64,000 bases of DNA from Gemmatimonadales bacterium (GTDB lineage: Bacteria; Gemmatimonadota; Gemmatimonadetes; Gemmatimonadales; GWC2-71-9). The first letter of the stretch is position 1, and each line of letters starts with the position of its first letter. A program made the position numbers and the translations under genes. The notes beneath the pieces were generated by a model. That model was given only the letters and a program-made list of their open reading frames with translations. It was not told the DNA's origin and ran no database searches. The stretch spans positions 87,676-151,675 of the forward strand of contig DASYQX010000049.1 of NCBI GenBank assembly GCA_036004985.1, in the 5' to 3' direction. Shown piece after piece: positions 11,084 to 20,341 of the stretch.

Positions 11084-11695
11084 TTAGTAGATGTCTCTAT
11101 TCCATTCCCGCACCAGCCGCTCGTAGTCCTCCGGGGTGTTCAGATCGTCGATCACCGCCGGGTCGTCCACGGCCACAGACACGAGCTCCGCCGCGTGCGC
11201 CTGGAGCACGGCGCGGGCACCGTGCCGCGCCGCCGCCTCGCTGGTGAGCAGCTCCTCGAACAGCCCCGCTCCCCAGAGGACGGGGTGCCCGCGACGCTCG
11301 GCAAAGGTGGGAACAACGGCCGGGGCGGCGCGGCGGCGATGGACCTCGAGCATTCGCTCCACCGTGGCGACCCGCACGTGCGGCAAGTCCACCGGCCACA
11401 CGAGTACCGCCCGCGGCTGCACCGGTTGCAGCGCCCGCAAGGCGGCGCGGAGCGAGGCGATCGGACCGCCGTCCACATCGGTATTCTCGACGATCAGGCA
11501 GTCGTGGCCGGCCAGGGCAGGGCGGATGCGAGGGGCGTCGGGCCCCACCACGACGACCCGGGCCTTCACCTCCAGGGCCTCGAAGGCCTCGAGAACCCGG
11601 ACGACGAACGGCTGGCCACGGAAATCCAGCAGGGCCTTGGGCGATCCCATCCGGGCTGAGCGACCGCCGGCCAGCACGACGCCCGCGAGCGACAT
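11084..11695 (-). CDS. MobA/MocA-like nucleotidyltransferase (molybdenum cofactor cytidylyl/guanylyltransferase family)
   Basis: 203 aa starting MSLAGVVLAGGRSARMGSPKALL. The upstream 124 codons of the track ORF are rejected. Confidence 0.8.
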   Translation of the reverse strand: MSLAGVVLAGGRSARMGSPKALLDFRGQPFVVRVLEAFEALEVKARVVVVGPDAPRIRPALAGHDCLIVENTDVDGGPIASLRAALRALQPVQPRAVLVWPVDLPHVRVATVERMLEVHRRRAAPAVVPTFAERRGHPVLWGAGLFEELLTSEAAARHGARAVLQAHAAELVSVAVDDPAVIDDLNTPEDYERLVREWNRDIY

Positions 11696-11765
11696 AGACC
11701 TATAAGGATACGGGCGGCACCCCCTAGTTGCACGTCCGTCCCAAACCCCCACATTAGGCCGACCC

Positions 11766-12314
11766 ATGGCCACCCGGCGCATCCGCCAGCTCGGCGACCC
11801 CATCTTGCGGGTCCGCTGCGAACGGGTCCACGACCCCAAGTCGCCGGCCGTCCGGTTGGTGGCCGACGATCTGCGGGACACGCTGCGGGCCGCCAAGAAG
11901 AAGTACGGGATGGGACGCGCGATGGCCGCCCCCCAGATCGGCGCCCCGGTGCGCGTGGTGTTCGTCGAGATCACGGGGAAACGGCGTTGGACGATGATCA
12001 ACCCGGAGATCACCGACGTCGGCTCAGAGGACTTCCTCGTGTGGGATGATTGCTTTTCGTTCCCCAACCTGCTGGTGCGGGTGAGCCGGGCGTACCGCGT
12101 GAGCCTCAGCTATACCGACCTGAAAGGGAATCCGGTCACGGCGGAGCTCGAAGGACCGATGGCGGAGCTGCTGCAGCACGAGATCGACCACCTGGACGGC
12201 ATTCTGGCCGTGGACCGTGCCGTCGGGCTCGATCCGTTCTCGTTCCGATCCGAGTGGGAAAAGCTGCACGACGCCTCCGATCGCTACGGACCGCCCAAGC
12301 CGCGTGAGGTGTAG
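11766..12314 (+). CDS. def: Peptide deformylase family protein
   Basis: Motif 1 GRAMAAPQIG and motif 3 QHEIDHLDG are present. Motif 2 is the variant DDCFSFP instead of EGCLS. Confidence 0.8.
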   Translation: MATRRIRQLGDPILRVRCERVHDPKSPAVRLVADDLRDTLRAAKKKYGMGRAMAAPQIGAPVRVVFVEITGKRRWTMINPEITDVGSEDFLVWDDCFSFPNLLVRVSRAYRVSLSYTDLKGNPVTAELEGPMAELLQHEIDHLDGILAVDRAVGLDPFSFRSEWEKLHDASDRYGPPKPREV

Positions 12315-12322
12315 GACGGCCC

Positions 12323-15300
12323 ATGGCGCCGTCCGTCGCCCTCGCCGTCCTTCTGCTACAGGCTCCCCCCCCACTCTCACCTCCCCGCTCTCCGTTCCCA
12401 GTTCGCGCCTGGCTCATCACGGAGCCGTTCCGCACCGACGCGGGCGCGGCGCGCGTGTCGAGGGACTACCTGGGTGGCGAGGTGGCCGCGTTCCCGGACT
12501 CGGACGCGACGTGGCGGCCGATCACCGCCGCCGCGGACGGGCTGGTCGATTTGAATCTGGTGTCGCGAGGGTCCACCGAGCACAGCGCCGTCTACGCCTT
12601 CACCTACCTCCAGAGTCCGCGGGAAGAGACGCGCACGCTGCTGCTCGCGAGCGATGACGACGTCGCGGCCTGGCTGAACAGCCAGCGCATTCACGTGCAC
12701 GAGGTGGCCCGGGGGATTTCCGGGGAGCGCGACACGATTGTCGTCCGGCTGGCCGCAGGGTGGAACACCCTGCTCCTCAAAGTCGTGAACCAGACAGGCG
12801 GGTTCGGATTTGGCGCGTGGCTCGATGGCCAGCCGCTGCGCGCAGCGAGCCAACGGCCGGCGGATGCGCGCTCCGGCAACCTCCCAGCGGCAACCGTGAC
12901 TGCCGAACCTCTCAAACTCGAGGGCCCGCTCGCCTGGCGCGGCCCGGCGCTCGAGGCGAGCGGCTCGATCGCTCTCACCGCCTGGGGACCGGGCGCGATC
13001 CCCGCGGCGAACGCGCGGCTGGTGGCGGCCGGTGGCCGCGACACGCTGGTGGGCGCGATCGTCGAGTCGCTCGTCCCCGGCGTGCCGAGACGACTGGCGC
13101 TACAGTTCGACGTCCGGTCGCTCGCCGCTGCCGCCGCTGCGGCACCGCCGCCGACGCTCGTCGTCACCTGGGGTCGAGGAACAGGCGCCCGCGCCGCAAG
13201 CATGCCGGTACACGCGGCAGACCGCGTGCTCGGGCTGCTCGACGGACGCATCACGCTAGAATGGACGGAGACGGACGGCGGGGCCGCGCTCGAGAGCGCC
13301 GTGCGCGTGCCGTCCGTTCTGGCGGGACTGACGCTCGATCTCCTGGCCGCGGAATTCGGTCCTACGGCGCGGTACCGCGTGAACGGGCGCGCGCGGCCGT
13401 GGCGCGACGGGACAGTGACGCTGTGCGCCCCTTGCGATCCCGGCGATTCGCTCGCCATCCGCGTGGAGCGGGACCGCTCGCGCCCGTGGTGGGACCCGCC
13501 GCGGGTGCGCGTGCACGAGCGCACCTACAGCGACATCGCGCGCAACGTGGCCCTCCTGCCCGCGCTGGGGGACTCGTCGGGCGCGGTGGCCCCGCCCGAC
13601 CCTCGAGCCTGGCTCGCCGCGATGCTGCGGCCGGACAAGACCGCCTACCGCGCCCTGGCGGCGCAATCCGACGCGCTGCTCACGACCCACGATGGCCGCT
13701 TTCTGCGCGACACGATTCATGTGGTGGGCAACTCTCACATCGACGCCGCCTGGCTCTGGCGGGTGGAGGAGACGCAGGGAGTGGTCGAGAACACGTGGCG
13801 GACGGCCCTCAAGCTTCAGCAGAAGTTCCCCGGGGCGACGTTTGCGGCGAGCGCCGCCCAGTATTACGCGTGGCTCGACGCGCGCGCGCCCGGCCTGCTC
13901 GACTCGATCCGCGCGGCGGAAGCGCGTGGCACCTGGAGCATCGTGGGAGGGTGGTGGGTGGAGGCCGATCAGAATCTGCCGAGTGGCGAATCGCTCGTGC
14001 GGCAGGGGCTGTACGGCCAGCGGGCGTTTCAGCAGCGGTTCGGGCGGCGGGCCCGGATCGCCTGGACGCCCGACAGCTTCGGGTATCCGTGGACCCTCCC
14101 ACAGATCTGGCGTGGTCTGGGGATGCAGGCGTTCGTCACCCAGAAGATCCGCTGGAACGACTCGACCGAGTTCCCGTATGACGCGTTCTTCTGGCAGGGA
14201 CTCGACGGGACGCGGATCTTCTCCTACAACCCGTGGGGCTACGACCACGACCTGAGCGGAACCGGTCTGGCGCGTGACATGGCCGCGGACAACGAGCGCA
14301 CGCGCGGCGCCCACCAGATGATGGTGCTGTACGGCGTGGGAGATCACGGCGGCGGGCCGACGATCGAGATGTTGGAGCGCCGTGAGGACCTGCAGCGGCT
14401 CCCGGCCTTCCCCGTGCTGCAGGATGCGACGCCCGAACGCGCGCTCCGGGCGATCCGCGGCGCCCGCGCCGACAGCGCCTGGCCCGTGTGGCGCGACGAG
14501 CTGTACCTCGAGTACCACCGCGGCACGTACACGACGCAGGCGTGGATGAAGCGACGGAACCGGCGCAGCGAAGAGCTGCTCGGCACTGCCGAGATGCTCG
14601 CGGCGCTCGACACCGCCGTCTATCCCCGCGGCGAGCTGCGGCACGCCTGGGAGCAGACCCTGTTCAACCAGTTCCACGACCTGCTGCCGGGCTCGGGGAT
14701 CCGCCCCATCTACCTCGACGCGATGCGCACCTACGACAGCGTGGCTGCGGCCGCCGGCGCCATCCGCGAGGCCGCGTTCCGCCGGCTCGCCGCGCTGCTC
14801 GATACGCGCGGCGACGGCGTGCCCGTCGTCGTGTTCAACCCGACATCGTGGGTGCGCACGTCGTACGCCGCGGTGCCGGTCGACGCCGCGCTGGCCGCGC
14901 TCTCCCGTGAGCGGGATCTGCGCGCAGTGGACGCGGCGCAACGCGCGACGCTCGCGGTGCTCGGCGGAGACTCGCTCCGGTTTCTCGCGCGTGAAGTGCC
15001 CGGGCTCGGCTTCAAGGTGTTTTGGATCCGGCGCGGCGCGGCACAGCGCGGCGCGCTGGACGGAAACGCCGCACGGCTCGAGAACGACTTCCTGCTCGTC
15101 GAGGTAGACACGCTGTCGGGGCAGCTCACGCGGCTCTACCACAAGGGCGTCGGTCGCGAGGCGCTCGCGTCCGGCGGCCGCGGGAACGTGCTGCAATTGT
15201 TCGGCGACCGCCCGGCGGCGTGGGACGCCTGGGACATCGGCTACACGGGCGAGGAGTGGACGCTCGACTCCGTGAGCGCCGTGCGAACCGGCGGCGACGC

Positions 15301-16117
15301 GTCCGAGCGGTGGATCGAATTCGACAAGCCGTGGAACAAGACCCGCGTCGTCCAGCGCTTCGTGCTGCGCCGCGACGAGCCACTGCTCGAGATCCGGACC
15401 ACGGTGGACTGGCGGGAGACACGCAAGTTGCTGAAGGTGGCATTCGATTGGAGCGTCGCGGCCGACAGCGCGTTCTACGAAATCCCGTATGGCGTCATCG
15501 GGCAGCCGACCGCCCCGCACACCCAGGCCGAGCGCGCCAAGTACGAGCACGCGGGCCACCGGTGGGCGGACCTCTCGGACGCGACGTTCGGGGTGAGCGT
15601 GCTGAACGACAGCAAATACGGGTGGGACACGCGCGGCCGCCGGATGCGCCTGTCGCTGCTGCGCTCGCCGCTCTGGCCCGACTCCCTGGCCGACCGCGGC
15701 CATCAGGCGTTCCGCTATGGGGTCTATCCGCACGCCGGCGACTGGCGGTCGGGCGCAGCGCTGACGGTGCGCCGCGGAATGGAGTTCAACGAACTGCTCC
15801 TCGCCGCGCGCGAGCCGCCGCATCCCGGGAGCGCAGGGCACTCCTGGTCGTTTGCGAGTGTGGACGCGGATAACGTCTACATCACCGCGCTGAAGCGCGG
15901 CGAAAACACCGAGGCCTACGTCATCCGGCTGGTCGAATGGCACGGCCGCCCGACGCAGGCCGTGTTGACCTTCGGCCGGCCCGTCGCGCGCGTGCGGATC
16001 GCGAACCTGTTGGAGGACCCCGCCGCGGGCGTGCCGCTGGCCCGCGATCGCCGCAGCACGACCCTGATGCTGCGACCGTGGGAGATCGTGACCTTGCTGG
16101 TCGAGGAGGCGCGCTAG
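12323..16117 (+). CDS. Glycoside hydrolase family 38 alpha-mannosidase with a long N-terminal extension
   Basis: 1264 aa. The GH38 signature GNSHIDAAWLW sits near residue 470 with the family-typical central and C-terminal regions after it. The first ~450 aa are extra. Confidence 0.85.
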   Translation: MAPSVALAVLLLQAPPPLSPPRSPFPVRAWLITEPFRTDAGAARVSRDYLGGEVAAFPDSDATWRPITAAADGLVDLNLVSRGSTEHSAVYAFTYLQSPREETRTLLLASDDDVAAWLNSQRIHVHEVARGISGERDTIVVRLAAGWNTLLLKVVNQTGGFGFGAWLDGQPLRAASQRPADARSGNLPAATVTAEPLKLEGPLAWRGPALEASGSIALTAWGPGAIPAANARLVAAGGRDTLVGAIVESLVPGVPRRLALQFDVRSLAAAAAAAPPPTLVVTWGRGTGARAASMPVHAADRVLGLLDGRITLEWTETDGGAALESAVRVPSVLAGLTLDLLAAEFGPTARYRVNGRARPWRDGTVTLCAPCDPGDSLAIRVERDRSRPWWDPPRVRVHERTYSDIARNVALLPALGDSSGAVAPPDPRAWLAAMLRPDKTAYRALAAQSDALLTTHDGRFLRDTIHVVGNSHIDAAWLWRVEETQGVVENTWRTALKLQQKFPGATFAASAAQYYAWLDARAPGLLDSIRAAEARGTWSIVGGWWVEADQNLPSGESLVRQGLYGQRAFQQRFGRRARIAWTPDSFGYPWTLPQIWRGLGMQAFVTQKIRWNDSTEFPYDAFFWQGLDGTRIFSYNPWGYDHDLSGTGLARDMAADNERTRGAHQMMVLYGVGDHGGGPTIEMLERREDLQRLPAFPVLQDATPERALRAIRGARADSAWPVWRDELYLEYHRGTYTTQAWMKRRNRRSEELLGTAEMLAALDTAVYPRGELRHAWEQTLFNQFHDLLPGSGIRPIYLDAMRTYDSVAAAAGAIREAAFRRLAALLDTRGDGVPVVVFNPTSWVRTSYAAVPVDAALAALSRERDLRAVDAAQRATLAVLGGDSLRFLAREVPGLGFKVFWIRRGAAQRGALDGNAARLENDFLLVEVDTLSGQLTRLYHKGVGREALASGGRGNVLQLFGDRPAAWDAWDIGYTGEEWTLDSVSAVRTGGDASERWIEFDKPWNKTRVVQRFVLRRDEPLLEIRTTVDWRETRKLLKVAFDWSVAADSAFYEIPYGVIGQPTAPHTQAERAKYEHAGHRWADLSDATFGVSVLNDSKYGWDTRGRRMRLSLLRSPLWPDSLADRGHQAFRYGVYPHAGDWRSGAALTVRRGMEFNELLLAAREPPHPGSAGHSWSFASVDADNVYITALKRGENTEAYVIRLVEWHGRPTQAVLTFGRPVARVRIANLLEDPAAGVPLARDRRSTTLMLRPWEIVTLLVEEAR

Positions 16118-16158
16118 CAACGCCCCCCCCCATCATCTCCTCACGTCAGCAGCAGCCG

Positions 16159-16611
16159 CTACTGCACCACGGGCAATCGAGCTCGTTCATTTCCCTCACC
16201 TCCCCCCTCCTGCGCCTTCGGCGTCGTTCCAACGACGCACTTCCCGCCCTCGCGCAGCGCGAGGCGCGCGCGCAGGCGGGTCAGGTCATCCTGCACGTCC
16301 CCGCAGCAGCAAACCGTGTCGAGACAGGTCCGGATGTTCTGGAGCAGGGGATGGTTCGAGTCGGTAAGCTCGTGATAGATCCAGCGCCCCTGGCGGCGCT
16401 CCCTCACGAGCCCGGCCGCCTGGAGCAGTTTCAGGTGGCGGCTGACATTGGGTTGGGTTTCGCCGACGGCGTCGACGAGTTCGCACACGCACAGCCCGCC
16501 AGGGCTAGGCGCGGCCAGGAGGCAGCAGGCAATCCGGAGACGCAGCCGGTCGCCTAGGGCGGCGAACACGGTATCGACGCCAGCCGATGTGATCGTAGCG
16601 CCATCATTCAT
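16159..16611 (-). CDS. ArsR/SmtB family metalloregulator with Cys-rich C-terminal tail
   Basis: wHTH LCVCELVDAVGETQPNVSRHLKLLQAAGLV and a C-terminal CLDTVCCCG cluster. Confidence 0.85.
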   Translation of the reverse strand: MNDGATITSAGVDTVFAALGDRLRLRIACCLLAAPSPGGLCVCELVDAVGETQPNVSRHLKLLQAAGLVRERRQGRWIYHELTDSNHPLLQNIRTCLDTVCCCGDVQDDLTRLRARLALREGGKCVVGTTPKAQEGGGEGNERARLPVVQ

Positions 16612-16646
16612 ATATACGAATATATGAATATGGTGCTCCCCGTCAA
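16607..16646 (-). promoter_or_regulatory. Candidate arsR promoter plus 9-4-9 palindromic operator, leaderless geometry
   Basis: Minus strand reads TTGACG (16646..16641), 16 nt, TATATT (16624..16619), 7 nt, then the ATG (16611). The perfect palindrome TTCATATAT-ACGA-ATATATGAA spans 16607..16628. Confidence 0.5.
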
Positions 16647-17659
16647 TCCCCCAGGGCCTCCAGCAGCAGGTTCCTGGCGAGCTCGACCTTGTAGCCGTTC
16701 TCGGACATTGGCTTGGCGCCGATCACCGCCGCTTCAGCCACCCGCCGGGCCCAGCTGTTCCCCTTTCCCCACTCCCCGATTTGCACCTCCCACGGCCGGG
16801 GGGCCACCCCGCCGAGGACGGCGCGCGGCACCGCGCCGCGTGTCTTGGGCCAGACGACGGCTACGCTCACGAGCGCGAAGTCCCACTCGGCGCGCTGCGT
16901 GGCCTTGCGATAGACCTGGCGCGCTCCCGCGTACGCCGCCGGCAGAGTGATTCGCTCGATGACATCGCCGGGCCGGAGGACAGTCTCCGCATCGCGGCGC
17001 TGAGCGGCCGTTCGATACAGGTCGAAGATCGTCAACGACACGCTTCCGGGATCCCCGGGCTTCCGCCCGGAGTCGGTCCGGCGTGCGCTTGGCGACCGAG
17101 GTTTCCTAACCCCGGGCGCAAGCCGGGGGTTGGCGGGCCGAACCCGGATGGTCGCGTCCAGCGCCGCGAGCGCCACGGCTGGGTCGCTCGGGTGCGGCGC
17201 GTGGCAGGCGCCGTCGCCGAAGATCGCGAGGTACTCGTTCAGCCCGTCGACCGCGGGACACCCACGGCCTCCCGTCTTGTGACACCGGACGTTCTGGCGG
17301 AAGTACCAGCAGCGGATCCGCTGGCACAGGTTGCCGCCGAGGGTCGCCATGTTGCGGATCTGCGTCGTGCCGACGGCGTCGCAGGCAGCGGCCAGGGCGG
17401 GGTACCAGCGCTTCACGCCGTCGTCCGCGGCGACGTCGGCGACGAGCGCCAGCGCGCCGAGTGCGGCGCCGGAGCGGGAGGCGCGGATGCCGGCGCCGCC
17501 GCGGATCGGTTTCAGATCCACGACAACACGCGGGGTGACCAAGCCGTCGCGCATCAGCGACACGAGGTCCGTGCCGCCGGCGATGAGCACCGCACCGCGG
17601 CGCATCTTGCGACGTACCTCGGCGAAGCTCCTGACTTCGTCGTGCTCGAAGGCTTGCAC
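16643..17659 (-). CDS. XDH/CODH-family molybdoenzyme FAD-binding subunit (CoxM/XdhB-like)
   Basis: 338 aa with the N-terminal FAD-binding pattern LIAGGTDL and the GGN motif TLGGNL. Confidence 0.85.
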   Translation of the reverse strand: MQAFEHDEVRSFAEVRRKMRRGAVLIAGGTDLVSLMRDGLVTPRVVVDLKPIRGGAGIRASRSGAALGALALVADVAADDGVKRWYPALAAACDAVGTTQIRNMATLGGNLCQRIRCWYFRQNVRCHKTGGRGCPAVDGLNEYLAIFGDGACHAPHPSDPAVALAALDATIRVRPANPRLAPGVRKPRSPSARRTDSGRKPGDPGSVSLTIFDLYRTAAQRRDAETVLRPGDVIERITLPAAYAGARQVYRKATQRAEWDFALVSVAVVWPKTRGAVPRAVLGGVAPRPWEVQIGEWGKGNSWARRVAEAAVIGAKPMSENGYKVELARNLLLEALGD

Positions 17660-17680
17660 GGAGCTCTCCTGTCACCCCGG

Positions 17681-17730
17681 GGCGTCTCGGCTTCCGCAGC
17701 CCTAGGCGTCTGTGCGTCTGCGCGTCTAGA
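17681..17730. repeat. Solo GCGTCT-rich element related to the right arm at 3437..3490
   Basis: GGCGTCTCGGC...CTAGGCGTCTGTGCGTCTGCGCGTCTAG shares GGCGTCTCGGC, GTGCGTCTG and a terminal CTAG with the right arm, in the same orientation. Confidence 0.4.
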
Positions 17731-17736
17731 TTGTTG

Positions 17737-19286
<1,550 letters not shown>

Positions 19287-19382
19287 AACCCGAGTGTCGG
19301 GATCGCGGCCTTCGGTCCCTAGCTGATCGCCATCGCCCCGGCACTTCGGCCCCCACGAACGCCGAGGGCGGGCTCCTGAATT

Positions 19383-19391
19383 GGGGGGGGG
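19383..19391 (+). repeat. Homopolymeric G9 tract (unit A)
   Basis: Counted directly; preceded by CTCCTGAATT. Confidence 0.95.
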
Positions 19392-19510
19392 AATCGCGAC
19401 GCCCAGGCCAGTGAGGAGGTGGACCCCGCGGACTCGGGACGCACGCGACGAAACGTCGACTAGCGACGAGGCGAAAGAGCGAGCCGGTTGAGGCGCACGC
19501 GAGCTGGAGA

Positions 19511-19550
19511 GTCAGGATACTGCGTCCTTGCTGTCACTGCGAGAATTGGG
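19511..19550 (+). repeat. 40-nt motif copy c1
   Basis: GTCAGGATACTGCGTCCTTGCTGTCACTGCGAGAATTGGG. Confidence 0.9.
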
Positions 19551-19750
19551 TCCACAGGGCGCCTGCGCGTTCGGCCGCGCCGTGATGATCTGCGTCTAGT
19601 GCGGGACGGGCCCGACCATGCGTTGTCTCGCCCACCGTACGCTGGATACCGCGCGGATCAGGAGGGCAAACGCGAGGGGGAGGACCCGACTGAAACCCGA
19701 GTGTCGGGAGCGCCGACGAACGCCGGGGCGGGGGCCGGACTCCTGAATTT

Positions 19751-19762
19751 GGGGGGGGGGGG
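19751..19762 (+). repeat. Homopolymeric G12 tract (unit B)
   Basis: Counted directly at the position homologous to the G9 tract. Confidence 0.95.
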
Positions 19763-19877
19763 AGCGACGCCGAGGCCAGTAGGAGCCCGACCCCGCGGAC
19801 TCGCGAGGCGCGCGACGAAGCGCCGACTAGCGACGAGGGGAAAGGGCGACCCGGTTGAGGCGCAAAGAGCCTGGAGT

Positions 19878-19917
19878 GTCAGAATACTGCGTCCTTGCTG
19901 TCACTGCGAGAATTGGG
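19878..19917 (+). repeat. 40-nt motif copy c2
   Basis: GTCAGAATACTGCGTCCTTGCTGTCACTGCGAGAATTGGG. Confidence 0.9.
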
Positions 19918-20111
19918 TCCACAGGGGGGCTGCGCGTTCGGCCGCTCCCTAATGATCAGCGCCTAGTCCGGGACGGGCCCGACCACGCGTTGTCCCGCCC
20001 ACCGTACGCTGGATGGCGCGCGGATCAGGAGCTCCACGACGACCGTGCCGGCGACGGAAGCAATTGACGTAAGGATGAGCGACGCTGTCGAGGCCAACTG
20101 CGCTCTGATAT

Positions 20112-20143
20112 GTCGGGATACTGCGTCCTTGCTGTCACTACGA
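20112..20143 (+). repeat. Motif copy c3 (3' part diverged)
   Basis: GTCGGGATACTGCGTCCTTGCTGTCACTACGA, then unrelated sequence. Confidence 0.85.
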
Positions 20144-20262
20144 ACCCCTGGGACGCCGACTGGCGAATACTACGACGGTTTCGTGCTCCAAGGCCGCGTC
20201 GAATGGGGCGACGACTTCAGGCGCCTACCACGCCCAAGAACGAGAAACGTGAGGATCTGAGC
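20144..20262 (+). pseudogene. Relic of a duplicated 5' segment of the caspase-like gene (PPC-repeat fragment)
   Basis: 20158..20196 matches 20473..20511 of the intact gene at 30/39 nt (hand count). It encodes TGEYYDGFVLQGR versus QTGEFYDSYEFQGR. No signal peptide or continuation. Confidence 0.4.
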
Positions 20263-20280
20263 GCGAACTGAAGGCTGCGT

Positions 20281-20320
20281 GTCGGGATACTGCATCCTTG
20301 CTGTCACTACGAGAATTGGG
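20281..20320 (+). repeat. 40-nt motif copy c4, immediately upstream of the caspase-like gene
   Basis: GTCGGGATACTGCATCCTTGCTGTCACTACGAGAATTGGG. It ends 21 nt before the ATG, with GGAAGGAGGA in between. Confidence 0.9.
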
Positions 20321-20341
20321 GCCTGCGGAAGGAGGACTCGC

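Larger units (their letters stand above)
19664..20031 (+). repeat. Tandem unit B (about 368 bp)
   Basis: Starts GGCAAACGCGAGG again with a copy of ...GACTGAAACCCGAGTGTCGGGA and ends GCGCGGATCAGGAG. Lacks about 40 nt present in unit A. Confidence 0.85.

Noticed and set aside
13256-16120. 954-aa minus-strand ORF
   Set aside because: It mirrors the GH38 mannosidase gene almost end to end. The plus frame carries the GH38 signature and the minus frame carries nothing recognisable.
16123-16131. C9 homopolymer between the convergent GH38 and arsR genes as a phase-variation site
   Set aside because: It lies between two stop codons with no promoter or coding consequence visible. It is noted only as a slippage-prone tract.
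19440-19490. RNase P-like (GAGGAAAG) and hammerhead-like (CGAAAC/GUC) strings, and apparent compensatory changes between units A and B
   Set aside because: These are only short string resemblances without the surrounding conserved cores. One 3-bp stem (GGC/GCC versus GGG/CCC) covaries, but other candidate stems are not shared between the units, which is too little evidence in GC-rich sequence.
19511-19550. Sigma54 promoter (GG-N10-GC) or Bacteroidetes-type TAnnTTTG promoter within the 40-nt motif
   Set aside because: CTTGCT resembles a -12 element, but the nearest upstream GG is 3 nt out of register. GAGAATTG matches only 4 of 6 fixed positions of TAnnTTTG.
19488-20067. Two paralogous ORFs (154 and 70 aa) sharing SGYCVLAVTARIGSTG, considered as a duplicated small-protein gene
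   Set aside because: Differences between the two copies are mostly non-synonymous and evenly spread. There is no RBS, one ORF runs through the G12 tract, and the conserved block coincides with the 40-nt nucleotide motif, which also occurs where no ORF exists.
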